A stretch of DNA of 59,973 nucleotides from Patescibacteria group bacterium (GTDB lineage: Bacteria; Patescibacteriota; Saccharimonadia; Saccharimonadales; JAZKJC01), in contig JAZKJC010000011.1 in NCBI GenBank assembly GCA_040384565.1, forward strand, positions 1-59,973, given 5' to 3'. The position numbers and the translations under genes were made by a program. Of this stretch, positions 36,895 to 46,537 are shown in pieces. Under the pieces are notes generated by a model that saw only the letters and a list, made by a program, of their open reading frames with translations, searched no databases and was not told the origin of the DNA. Each line of letters opens with the position of its first letter. Position 1 is the stretch's first letter.

Positions 36895-37383
36895 TCAAAT
36901 TGCTTTATAGGGTATATGACACATGCCTTGACCTGTTTTTTCAGAAAATTTTTGATGATAATCTTCGGCTTCATAGAATGGTCCCGCGGGATTAATTTGG
37001 GTCACTATAGGTTTTTGGAAATCGGGCTGTAACTGATCACGAATTGCTTCCGCGATAGTTTGTTGACTATTATCAAAATAGAATATGGCTGAACGATAGC
37101 TATCACCTATGTCTGGCCCCTGCCTGTTTAGCTGTGTAGGATCATGCATTCGGAAGAAATGTTTTACAAGTGTCTCATAACTTACCAACTGTGGATCAAA
37201 TTCAATCATAACAACTTCAGCATGGCCTGTGGTATGCGTGCAGACATCTTCATAGCTAGGGTTAGCTTTGTTACCTCCGCTATAGCCAACGGAAGATTTT
37301 ATAACTCCCGGTATCTGATCAAAATAGTACTGCACTCCCCAGAAACAACCTGCACCAAACATAGCTTTTTGTAAGGCCATCAT
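36895..37383 (-). CDS. msrA: peptide-methionine (S)-S-oxide reductase
   Basis: GAGCFWG, GHAEVV, HDPTQLNRQGPD, AEDYHQ; start overlaps lysS stop. Confidence 0.96.
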   Translation of the reverse strand: MMALQKAMFGAGCFWGVQYYFDQIPGVIKSSVGYSGGNKANPSYEDVCTHTTGHAEVVMIEFDPQLVSYETLVKHFFRMHDPTQLNRQGPDIGDSYRSAIFYFDNSQQTIAEAIRDQLQPDFQKPIVTQINPAGPFYEAEDYHQKFSEKTGQGMCHIPYKAI

Positions 37384-38912
37384 TCTTTCATCCTTAGACG
37401 TTTTATTAGCCAATCGCGAGGGAGGAGACTTAGGAACCAGCCGGCGCGGGGGCCGGAGTCTTTGCCAATTATGACTTGGTATAAGGTAGTAAATAATTCC
37501 TTGGGGGCTAACTCTATGTAGTCTTTGAATTCGTAAATAGCTTTGTGGAACCATTCCCCATCCGCGTCTTCCGGTGCCCCAGCTATTTTGTCCGCCAGTT
37601 GAGATAAATATTGCTTCTGCACATCACTAAGCATACTTGCATCCAGCTTTTCCAGTAGCTCGAATTTAACGTCTTCTGGTGCCCAATTTTTGAGCCATTC
37701 ATCTATAAACTTTAGCTCGTTTTTAATAATCTCAGCGTCTTCGCCCACTATGACCGCATGTTCGGTACGCTTGGCGATTTGGATAGTATTATCAGCATCT
37801 TTCAGCGCCGCTTGATAGCTGGTTACAAGGTGCGAAAACGGTACCCGGCTAACAGTTTTATGGTCAAGCCCGCGAGTACATAGGTATATAAGCAGGTTTT
37901 CTGCCTCTGTTTTATCTGGCTTGGCTGCCAGTTCTGCGAATTCGTCTACAAGCTGGATTGTGCCCTGTACTTGGTCAAAATAAAGCCTTTTGTTAGGTGG
38001 GTAGCGCAGTATGAAAAAACGCACGACTTCTGCCGGCAGTACTTTTATAACTTCGGCAGCCTCAATGCCTGTGCCACGGCTGGCACTCATTTTTTTATTA
38101 TCCCCTGCCAGGTTTATAAAGTCATACGGCACTGGGATAGGTCCAGGAATTTCAAAAATATCCCGGTCAATCGCCGCACCAGTATCGTATGATCCCCCCT
38201 TGGTGGCATGATCACGGCCAAACGGTTCAACGTCGACATCCAAGAGCCACCATCTGGCCGCCCAGTCTACCCGCCAATCCAGTTTAACTTCCCCAGCCGC
38301 GTAGCTTGTCTCGTGCTCGTTACCGTCCCGGTCTTTATAGGTAAGTGTTTTTTGGGCTTTGTCGATATTTACAAACGTCCGGCTTTTTAGGTAGCCATCT
38401 TCCATAACCTGAATCGGTGACCAAAACTCATCCAGCTGACGCCCGCCAACTGTTTCCAAAACATTCCGAACTTTATCAACATTGTCTAAAGTTTTCTCAA
38501 TAGCGGGTATAAAAAAGCCACTGCGGTATTTCTGATGGCTATAAATGATTTCTACTTCTATGCCGAGTCCTTGCGCGCTATCCAAAAGTCCTTGCAGAAA
38601 ATAATCAGCATACGAACGGTCTGAGCCATCCGGTGCCGGTGTATCACAAAGCGGCTTGCCTAAGTATTTTTCAAATTCAGCCGGAATATTTGCCGGAATT
38701 TTACGCAGAGCGTCCAGATTATCCACAAAATGGATGTGTCTTGCTTCACGCCCACGCTGTCTAAGCGCCAAAACAATGGCGTCACAGGTAACAATTTCCC
38801 GCAAATGCCCAAAATGATACGTCCCCGAGGGTGACGCCCCAGACTCAACCAGAATCTCACCCTCCGGCTTCCGCGCCACAATTTCATCAACAAGCTTATT
38901 CAACCACTGCAT
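37380..38912 (-). CDS. lysS: lysine--tRNA ligase, class I
   Basis: SPSGTYHFGHLRE, KLDWRVDW, EPFGRDH, KMSAS. Confidence 0.95.
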   Translation of the reverse strand: MQWLNKLVDEIVARKPEGEILVESGASPSGTYHFGHLREIVTCDAIVLALRQRGREARHIHFVDNLDALRKIPANIPAEFEKYLGKPLCDTPAPDGSDRSYADYFLQGLLDSAQGLGIEVEIIYSHQKYRSGFFIPAIEKTLDNVDKVRNVLETVGGRQLDEFWSPIQVMEDGYLKSRTFVNIDKAQKTLTYKDRDGNEHETSYAAGEVKLDWRVDWAARWWLLDVDVEPFGRDHATKGGSYDTGAAIDRDIFEIPGPIPVPYDFINLAGDNKKMSASRGTGIEAAEVIKVLPAEVVRFFILRYPPNKRLYFDQVQGTIQLVDEFAELAAKPDKTEAENLLIYLCTRGLDHKTVSRVPFSHLVTSYQAALKDADNTIQIAKRTEHAVIVGEDAEIIKNELKFIDEWLKNWAPEDVKFELLEKLDASMLSDVQKQYLSQLADKIAGAPEDADGEWFHKAIYEFKDYIELAPKELFTTLYQVIIGKDSGPRAGWFLSLLPRDWLIKRLRMKE

Positions 38913-39065
38913 ACGGATAGATTATAGATGATAGGCTACAGAATTCAGAATAATAAATGTACGGTCACATTTTTCGGCATCTAACGAATAATGTGACTGC
39001 TCACAGTTATTAACCGTCGTCAACTGTCCGCAAAGAATGAATCTCAATACTTATGTGCTTACTTA

Positions 39066-42000
39066 CTAGTTAACTTCGCCTTTTACGAGGTCGAGGACAA
39101 CTTTGTCGCCGGTTTTTAAGGTTTTAGTGGCGTGTTTGGTACCGATTATGCAAGGTAAACCTAGTTCACGTGCAACTATAGCAGCGTGAGACATCATGCC
39201 ACCATGGTCAGTGATTAATGCCCGGGCTTTGCGCATCAACGGCACATAGCTGGGGCTAGTAGATGGTACGACCATTATGTGATCATTTGGCAAAATATCC
39301 ATCGGACTGCTAATCAAACAAACCGTGCCGTTGACATAATGTTTACCTCCGTTGCTGGCTACAAGGCCAGCAACGACTGAGCTGGAGGCCTTGAAGTCAA
39401 TGTATCGTTCCCAAAGTCCTTCAGCATCGGTCTGATTCACTAGTTGAGATTGACCATTGTCAAAAAACCAGCCATATTCGACAGGCATAAATGGGTGCTT
39501 TATGGAACGGCGGGACTGCATCATCCACGCTTTGCGCTCGTCCATGAATTCAGCGAGACGTCTTGTCAGGTGCAAAGCCTTAACTTCACTAGGTTTCAGT
39601 TTAAATTCTTTTATCAGTTTATTGCGCTCTTCCGGGAGAACCTTTTTTGGCTTGCTGGTAGCAAGTATCTCCAACCGCTCCTTAAAGTACTCATTAGCTG
39701 TGGTGAAAACACCTTCGTATCCATTTTGGATCCACGGATATTTTTTTGCCACTGCATGAGGGTCCTTTGTGGCTATAAGTTCATCATCGATCCGTCCCAT
39801 AAAAGTCGCATTTTCCGGTACTGTAAATACCGCCCAGATTTTTTGACGAGTTTTTTCTTCGTATCGCTCCAACAAATTCGATACAACGCTTTCGGCACCA
39901 TACAGAGCAAATTCAGCGAACATGGCATATTCCCAGCTTTTTAATAATGCTTCGTTGCTATGGGTGCTATTTTGCCAGTTGACTATGTCTTGTTCCACTT
40001 TGTTACGCTTCTGATAGGACATAAACAGTTTTTGAGTAAAGTTAGCGAAGTCTTTGGCGTTAATAAGCCAAACTACTTTGTCTTTATGAAATAGCGCCAC
40101 AGTTTTCATGGGTGCTGGCATGGCATCGTTTTTGCTTAAACCAATAAAAAACTTTTCTATTGCCGCCACATAATCACTCATGTAAAGCGCTTTAGCCCTA
40201 GACGGACCCCAATAAAATAGATCCTCCGGTTTGCCTAAATTATACTTTTTGTCATCATGCCATACGGTAACTAAACTTTCGTTAGCATTTAGCACAATCA
40301 TATCGTCTTCTCGCAGGACATCCATGCAATTATCTGACCCAACGATGCACGGTTTTTTGAGTTCCCGCGCAATTATGGCCGCATGAGAGGTTATGCCACC
40401 TTCAGCGGTAATAAATCCAGCCGCTTTTTTCATAACTGCTGTGTAGTCTGGCATGGTTACTCGGGCAACCATTATATCGCCACTTTTAACTTTTTTCAGA
40501 TCAGATAGCTTATTTATCTTGACTACTCTACCGCTAACTACGCCCTTAAAAGCCGTGGTGCCTGGGCTAATGAGCGAGTCACCACCTGACTGCTCAGGCT
40601 TAATGAGTAGTTGCTTGGCTTTTTCAATAACTGCTTCGTCAGCATTTACCACGGCTTTGCCATTTGAAAAGTAATAAAGATAGTTCTGGCTTATGCGATC
40701 AGATACCATATCGAAAGGAGGAACTTTGCCCGACACTATAAAATCATTGATTTCCTCATTGAGTAAATTGGCAATGTGCTTGACCTGCCATGAATGGCCA
40801 TCAATTTTTATTAAGGTTTGCGCCAAAGCCATAAACACCTCTCGCATGGCTACTTGTACCAGCTTGAGCTGATCTATTCGACCAGTCCGTATAAGTACAT
40901 AAGACTTAGTGAGTAAGGCTTGGTTTAATTGAGCTTTTTTAGGCAGAAGTTTGGCCAGAGTTCTTTCATAATTTTTGTTTTGCTCAATCGCACCTTGTAT
41001 ATCATGAAGCTCAGATTTGGCCTGGGTCAGACTTAGCTTTTTGACTTCGTTTTTAACGTCTGCTTCATTTTGCAAGGATTCTACAAAAGCATATTCGTTT
41101 ACATGACGATACTTTTCAACAATAATTTTGAGCCCCTGGGCAAATGCTTTAGGTGACAATTTGCTATCAATCGCTAGCTGGCAAATAGCCAGCCGCTGTT
41201 TTTGATAATCATGGTACCCGAGCGGCGTGGTTATAAGTTCTAAAATCTTGTCAGCTTGTTCTGGATATTGTAACTCGACTTCTTTCTTAAGATTGGGATA
41301 CACAATTTTATCAACTGCCAGGCCGACGTAAAGAAATGGGCTCAGATTATCCAAAAATTTAAACCATCTATCAAAAATCGCCTGATAATTGCTGGGAGAC
41401 TTCTGGATAAATTCTTTGAGATTATTGGCTTCGGTCTTGAGCCTGTCATACGCCTCAAGGTGACTAGTCAGTTTTGCCTGGGTATTTACAAGTTGAAAGC
41501 TTTCAGATAGAAGTTTTTTAGCAACGCTCTGTTCTAGATAATACGCTCGCGTTGAGCTTTCTAGAGGTATTGTGGCGAGTTGTATGGGCAAAATTTGGCT
41601 AGAGGTATATCGGACAATTTCATCGCGTTGCAACGTTGATGGTCTGGCTAAAATCTTGACGCAGGAGTTAAAGAAATCAGGCAATAAACTTTCTTCCGGC
41701 TGAAGAGTAGTTATGGGGCGAGATTGTACAATGTAGAGTTTATTGTCGTTGATTGCCCATTCTATGTCTTGGGGGGATTTGTAATGGTGCTCTATGTTGT
41801 CAGCAGCTGAAAGCAGTTGGGCAATTTGTTCATTGGTGAGTATTGGCTTTTTAGATTTCGAAACTGAAACTTGCTGGTTTTTACCATCTCTATACACAAG
41901 TTTTTTGGTTTGGCGATGCGGTTGGCGCTCTAGCACTAAGGCGGACTTTTTATCTATTATCAGACTTTCTGGCGTTACAGTACCCTGAACCAAGAGTTCC

Positions 42001-42506
42001 CCAAGACCATAAACTGTTTCGATCACGGTTTGGCCAACGTTATTATTCACTGGGTTGGCTGTAAACATAACGCCGGCAATTTCACTGTCCACCATTGCCT
42101 GGACTACGACCGCCACGGCCCGTTGGTCTTTGCTGACCTTATTCTCATCGGCGTAGGCTTTGGCGTGCGTGGAGTTGATGGATTGCCAGCATTTTTGAAT
42201 CGCTTCAATTAGCCCTCCCCGCCCAACATTCAAGTACGTTTCTAGCTGCCCTGCCCACGACGCACTGGAAGAATCTTCAGCAACCGCCGAAGATCGCACT
42301 GCTACCCGCTGCACTCCAAAATGATCAAACGCTTTTAAAGCAGTCTGCTCAAGCTCCTTGGTCATTCCACTTCGGAACCCATCTGTAGTTACAACAAACC
42401 CTGGTGGCACCTGGATACCCGCCTGAATCATCTCGCCCAGACCCGCCGCCTTGCCGCCCACCAACGCTATGTCGGCTTTGGATACATCAGAAAGCCCAAA
42501 AATCAT
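39066..42506 (-). CDS. PEP/pyruvate-binding (PPDK_N) protein with two PEP-utilizer His domains
   Basis: VGGKA, VRSSAVAED, PQDIEW, QSRPIT; GGITSHAAI and GGMMSHAAI. Confidence 0.88.
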   Translation of the reverse strand: MIFGLSDVSKADIALVGGKAAGLGEMIQAGIQVPPGFVVTTDGFRSGMTKELEQTALKAFDHFGVQRVAVRSSAVAEDSSSASWAGQLETYLNVGRGGLIEAIQKCWQSINSTHAKAYADENKVSKDQRAVAVVVQAMVDSEIAGVMFTANPVNNNVGQTVIETVYGLGELLVQGTVTPESLIIDKKSALVLERQPHRQTKKLVYRDGKNQQVSVSKSKKPILTNEQIAQLLSAADNIEHHYKSPQDIEWAINDNKLYIVQSRPITTLQPEESLLPDFFNSCVKILARPSTLQRDEIVRYTSSQILPIQLATIPLESSTRAYYLEQSVAKKLLSESFQLVNTQAKLTSHLEAYDRLKTEANNLKEFIQKSPSNYQAIFDRWFKFLDNLSPFLYVGLAVDKIVYPNLKKEVELQYPEQADKILELITTPLGYHDYQKQRLAICQLAIDSKLSPKAFAQGLKIIVEKYRHVNEYAFVESLQNEADVKNEVKKLSLTQAKSELHDIQGAIEQNKNYERTLAKLLPKKAQLNQALLTKSYVLIRTGRIDQLKLVQVAMREVFMALAQTLIKIDGHSWQVKHIANLLNEEINDFIVSGKVPPFDMVSDRISQNYLYYFSNGKAVVNADEAVIEKAKQLLIKPEQSGGDSLISPGTTAFKGVVSGRVVKINKLSDLKKVKSGDIMVARVTMPDYTAVMKKAAGFITAEGGITSHAAIIARELKKPCIVGSDNCMDVLREDDMIVLNANESLVTVWHDDKKYNLGKPEDLFYWGPSRAKALYMSDYVAAIEKFFIGLSKNDAMPAPMKTVALFHKDKVVWLINAKDFANFTQKLFMSYQKRNKVEQDIVNWQNSTHSNEALLKSWEYAMFAEFALYGAESVVSNLLERYEEKTRQKIWAVFTVPENATFMGRIDDELIATKDPHAVAKKYPWIQNGYEGVFTTANEYFKERLEILATSKPKKVLPEERNKLIKEFKLKPSEVKALHLTRRLAEFMDERKAWMMQSRRSIKHPFMPVEYGWFFDNGQSQLVNQTDAEGLWERYIDFKASSSVVAGLVASNGGKHYVNGTVCLISSPMDILPNDHIMVVPSTSPSYVPLMRKARALITDHGGMMSHAAIVARELGLPCIIGTKHATKTLKTGDKVVLDLVKGEVN

Positions 42507-42507
42507 G

Positions 42508-42855
42508 TTATTTAAACTTTATACCGGTTTTTTTAGAAATAAGGATGGCGAGTGTTTCTACTGCTGATACACGCCTCTCAAGCTCTATCCAGTGTAATTT
42601 GTTTTCGTTAATATCTTTCCTCAGACTTGCGATCATTTTGTAGAGTTCCTTAATATCTGCTTGAATCGCTTCAAGCTTGCCTTCGATATTGTCGAGACGT
42701 GTATTGGTTTCAGCCTGGCCTTTCTCTACTGCGTACAGCCGTGTGTTGGTTTCAGCCTGACTTTTCTCTATTTTGTCAAAGCCCTCACTCACTATTGTGG
42801 TTAAATCGCTGACGACTTCTAAAACGTCATCGATGTCGCTGGTTTTTTGCTCCAT
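42508..42855 (-). CDS. small coiled-coil protein (..KKTG family)
   Basis: Internal QAETNTRL duplication; C-terminal ISKKTGIKF. Confidence 0.75.
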   Translation of the reverse strand: MEQKTSDIDDVLEVVSDLTTIVSEGFDKIEKSQAETNTRLYAVEKGQAETNTRLDNIEGKLEAIQADIKELYKMIASLRKDINENKLHWIELERRVSAVETLAILISKKTGIKFK

Positions 42856-42875
42856 ATTCTTATTGTAGCAGTCGT

Positions 42876-43331
42876 TTAGGTGATCTGGGTGATTTTGTAG
42901 GTGGAGGTTTCAGCTGGTGTGACAATCTCTACTTTATCGCCAACTTTTTTTCCTAACAAGGCTTGGCCAATGGGTGATTCGTCAGAGATTTTGCCACTTA
43001 ATGGGTCAGCTTCTACAGTACCGACAACTTGAAAAGTTTTGGTTGCACCGTTTTTGAGTGTAACCGTACTACCAATCTGAACTTTGCTGTCGCCACGCGG
43101 TTTTGCAATTACTTGAACATTTTGCAGAATGTGGTCAATTTCTGTTACACGGGCTTCCAGCTTTTCCTGTTCTTGGCGTGCTGATTGGTATTCAGCGTTT
43201 TCTGCAAGATCACCGAACTCACGGGCAGTTTTGATGGCGTCGGCAACTATACTGCGTCCAGCAACAAGTAGATCGCGCTCTTTACTAAGCTCCGATACAC
43301 CGTCTTTGGTGAGTAAAAATGCTTTATTCAT
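42876..43331 (-). CDS. greA: transcription elongation factor GreA
   Basis: AREFGDLAENAEY, EADP..GKISDESPIGQALLG. Confidence 0.96.
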   Translation of the reverse strand: MNKAFLLTKDGVSELSKERDLLVAGRSIVADAIKTAREFGDLAENAEYQSARQEQEKLEARVTEIDHILQNVQVIAKPRGDSKVQIGSTVTLKNGATKTFQVVGTVEADPLSGKISDESPIGQALLGKKVGDKVEIVTPAETSTYKITQIT

Positions 43332-43411
43332 ATCTATTATTCTCCGATTCTTTTCCCTAGTAACTGACGCTAATTAGTCTGATGTTGGAGGTGATTATAC
43401 AGCTCTAACTA

Positions 43412-44662
43412 CTAAGCGCCTAGTACTTTTATGAGATTTTCTTTGTCTAATAATTTTGGTGAATCTTCTATCCGTTTTTTGAGCTCATACTGGCCGCTAG
43501 AGATTGTTTTTTCACTAACGACTAGCCGGTATGGGATCCCCATGAGGTCGGCATCGGCGAACTTTTCACCTGGGCGGACATCACGGTCATCATATAATAC
43601 GCTTATGCCTTTACCCGTCAACTGGTCATATAATTCGTCTGCTGCGCTTGCGACAGCAGGTATATCGCCTATTCGCGCCAAATAAACCAAGGCTGGAGCA
43701 ATATTGTCTGGCCAAACCATACCTTTGTCATCCGCAAAGCACTCAACAATTACCCCCATAAGCCGCGTAACACCTAAGCCGTAAGAACCAAGAATGACTG
43801 GCTTACGTGTGCCATCCTCATCCACAAAATACAGGTCGAGCTGTTCTGATTTAGTAGCGCCAAAGCTAAAAATATTGCCAACTTCAGCTGTTTTTACTTC
43901 TTCTAGCTCATCACGAGATATATCAAGATGAGCGAGAACCTCATCGCTTAACACTTCTTCATTTATAGCTAACTTTTTCTTCCGACTTAGGTACACCGTA
44001 TCTTCACCCGCCGCTGTGATAGTCTGAAATTCATGGCTGAATTGAGTAAAGGCGCCTCCCGAAGCAAAGGTTAAGAATGTTATATCGCCTAAGCCAACAC
44101 GTTCAAAAACCCGCAAATATGCTACAGTTGCTTTATCATAGAAAGCCTTGTGGGCTTCCTCGCTAACGGAATATGAATACATATCATTCATGACAAATTC
44201 ACGGCCGCGCATAATGCCACTCTTAGAGCGCAGTTCGTTACGTAACTTTGTCTGGAACTGGTGCACATATGCGGGTAAATCCCTATAACTGCTCAAGTAA
44301 TTTCGCATCATATCTGTAATTGGCTCTTCGTGTGACCACCCAAAACCAATATCTGTACCATTTTTTAGCGTAGACTTAAACCAAACATCAACTTTAGCAT
44401 CATCCCAACGATCCGTTTTTTCCCATAGTTCTTTGCGCTGTATGGCGGTCATAATAAGCTCATGACCGCCAACGGCACTCATCTCTTCACGTACAATTTG
44501 TTTGATATTTTCAAGAACCTTAAAACCTAAGGGCAAATATGCATACACCCCAGCCATTTCTTTGTGAATGAATCCAGCTTTAATAAGTAGCTGTGCGTTT
44601 TTGGCCGTCTCGTCCGTAGGTGCGTCTTTGCGGGTTTTGGTAAATAGTTTCGATAGTCTCAT
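43412..44662 (-). CDS. proS: proline--tRNA ligase (short form, no editing domain)
   Basis: MRLSKLF, SHEE, RNELRSKSGIMRGREF, GSYGLGVTR. Confidence 0.95.
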   Translation of the reverse strand: MRLSKLFTKTRKDAPTDETAKNAQLLIKAGFIHKEMAGVYAYLPLGFKVLENIKQIVREEMSAVGGHELIMTAIQRKELWEKTDRWDDAKVDVWFKSTLKNGTDIGFGWSHEEPITDMMRNYLSSYRDLPAYVHQFQTKLRNELRSKSGIMRGREFVMNDMYSYSVSEEAHKAFYDKATVAYLRVFERVGLGDITFLTFASGGAFTQFSHEFQTITAAGEDTVYLSRKKKLAINEEVLSDEVLAHLDISRDELEEVKTAEVGNIFSFGATKSEQLDLYFVDEDGTRKPVILGSYGLGVTRLMGVIVECFADDKGMVWPDNIAPALVYLARIGDIPAVASAADELYDQLTGKGISVLYDDRDVRPGEKFADADLMGIPYRLVVSEKTISSGQYELKKRIEDSPKLLDKENLIKVLGA

Positions 44663-45463
44663 CGTTGTTTCCTTTCATGTATTCTACCTGCTAAATCAAA
44701 AGCCACAAAATGCGTACCCTCAATCCCTTGCAATACATCTAAAAGTGATGCATCTGCCCGTGCCCAATAGGCATCGATACCGGCATTAGCTGCCTCTATA
44801 GATGCCGCTAGCTTAGTGCGTCCACCACCCTTTTTATTCCCTGAGTTGGCAGCCTGCACATAATTATGAGCGCGACTGCGGTCAGCATCGCTAGTACCTA
44901 TCTCTCTCACGAATCGGGTGCCATCTAGTAAGCCAATCTTATCGGTCATTAGCAGTAAAGCCGACGCGCCGATGGTAATTGCCAGATGTTTGGCAAGACC
45001 ATCGTTGTCTTCACCATAGGCTAGTTTCTTCAGTTCGGCAATAGACAAGGCATCATTTTCGTTAGCGATTGTAATGACATGGTGGGCGATATTTTCTTCT
45101 AAGGCCTGCAGTAAGCTGGGACCTTCGTACTGATCGTCTATTTCTCTATGTGTGATCAGTAGCTGACCTCCCAACAGACCGTAGGTATCCAGGGCTTGCT
45201 GCCCAGGCGGTTACTGCCCTAGCACTTCCCATCATTGCCGCTGATCTATCCGAGAGCATATGCTCTCGTCGGTCGCTTTCACCCCACATTGCTTGACCAA
45301 CAGCTACCGATCCAGAGGTAACGACTACAAGATTATACTGCTGGCTAACCTCGGCCAAATGAGCAGCATACAAACCAAGCCGCTCCATATCCATACCCTG
45401 TTGATTTGCCACACTTGAAGAACCGAATTTAACTACCAGCGTTTCCCGTTCAAAATCTTTCAT
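44659..45463 (-). pseudogene. proB: glutamate 5-kinase-like (no PUA domain), split by a one-base insertion
   Basis: VVKFGSSS, VVVTSGSV, QLLIT, NENDAL, DNDGLA, GGGRTKL; removing one C at 45202-45204 fuses the two ORFs. Confidence 0.8.
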
Positions 45464-45473
45464 TTCATATCCT

Positions 45474-45527
45474 TAAGAGTCAGCGCAAGAAAAAGACGGC
45501 CCGGAGGCCGCCTTGCGCTGATTCTTG
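45474..45527 (-). terminator. terminator / SD-occluding hairpin upstream of proB
   Basis: Minus strand GGCGGCCTCCGGGCCGTC-TTTTT nested in outer stem AAGAATCAGCGCAAG/CTTGCGCTGACTCTT that abuts SD AAGGA. Confidence 0.7.
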
Positions 45528-45544
45528 AAATTATTAGTTAAAAC

Positions 45545-45613
45545 CTAGCAAAGCCCCCGGTATCGGATTGGGGCTGGCGGTACAATAAAAATTGATTGTA
45601 TGATATTAATCAT
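45545..45613 (-). CDS. putative attenuator leader peptide MINIIQSIFIVPPAPIRYRGLC
   Basis: 22 codons with SD GGAG; CCG CCA GCC CCA cluster overlapping hairpin AGCCCC/GGGGCT. Confidence 0.6.
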   Translation of the reverse strand: MINIIQSIFIVPPAPIRYRGLC

Positions 45614-45744
45614 ATCTATATTCTCCATTAATACAAAAAATAGTCAAATATTTCAACCGTCACGAATTTCGGCAGGTGACGTATTTTGTGGCTACTAGTA
45701 TATGAAGACTGCTGGATCTGGGGGATATGGGGAGTCTGGCGTAG

Positions 45745-46512
45745 CTAGTGTAAAAAGATAAAGAGAACGCTGAATGCCAGGGTGTTTTTAATCATATGGA
45801 GGAATATTGGGGGCCAAAGGCTATTTGTCTTTTCGCGCAAGTAGCACATTACCAGTGACAAAATAAAGGTGTCTACGGCTACTAACCAGAGCAAACTTTC
45901 TTTGCCGCCGCCTAGGTGGGCAGCACCAAATATTAGGCTGGTAATAATTGTAGCGACTGGAAAAGTAAGTCTAGTACGCAGTCCCCCGTACAAGAACCCA
46001 CGCATTACTATTTCTTCCGCTAGGGGTGGGAAAATTGCTAATGACGCAAAGACAAGAATTAGTGACGCCCCTTGGGTACCACTCTGGAACCCGATATCTT
46101 GATCTTGAACAACATCTATGGCAGGAATTAATAGCCCAATCAGTGCCCGCCCAATCAGATATAAAACAAAGTAGACTACGAAGCCATTGAATGCATAGGC
46201 GATATATTTAAGCTGGGGTCGGTTTAAGCCAATATTTTTGAATGTTGCGCCACGCGATTTTAGCAGCAGGCTTATGGTCCATACTGTTGTTGCTGTTACA
46301 AATGCCAGGTATAAAGTTGTGGCCCAAATGCTGTTTTTAAGCCAGTCGTTTGTCTTTGCTTCATCCCAACCTTGGATAAACGGTATAAGGGACAAGAGCA
46401 GCCCGGCCACAACTTGCGATAAAAAGTATATGCCTATGGTAAAAAGTATTGCCGCTACTGGCTCATATAGTTTGGGTTCTTCGTGTTCTGGTTTGAGTTT
46501 TTCCGCTAACAT
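45745..46512 (-). CDS. CPBP (CAAX/Abi) intramembrane metalloprotease
   Basis: EEIVMRG, FGAAH, HMIKN. Confidence 0.92.
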   Translation of the reverse strand: MLAEKLKPEHEEPKLYEPVAAILFTIGIYFLSQVVAGLLLSLIPFIQGWDEAKTNDWLKNSIWATTLYLAFVTATTVWTISLLLKSRGATFKNIGLNRPQLKYIAYAFNGFVVYFVLYLIGRALIGLLIPAIDVVQDQDIGFQSGTQGASLILVFASLAIFPPLAEEIVMRGFLYGGLRTRLTFPVATIITSLIFGAAHLGGGKESLLWLVAVDTFILSLVMCYLREKTNSLWPPIFLHMIKNTLAFSVLFIFLH

Positions 46513-46537
46513 ACGTTTTTAGGGCTTTATCTGCTTA

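Noticed and set aside
37384-37554. N-terminal extension of MsrA
   Set aside because: It overlaps the lysS 3' end in another frame; the ATG at 37383 gives a normal MsrA.
38964-38997. GTCAC..TTCGGCA..GTGAC hairpin resembling 45658-45681, possible riboswitch
   Set aside because: Similarity is short and I cannot match it to any riboswitch consensus.
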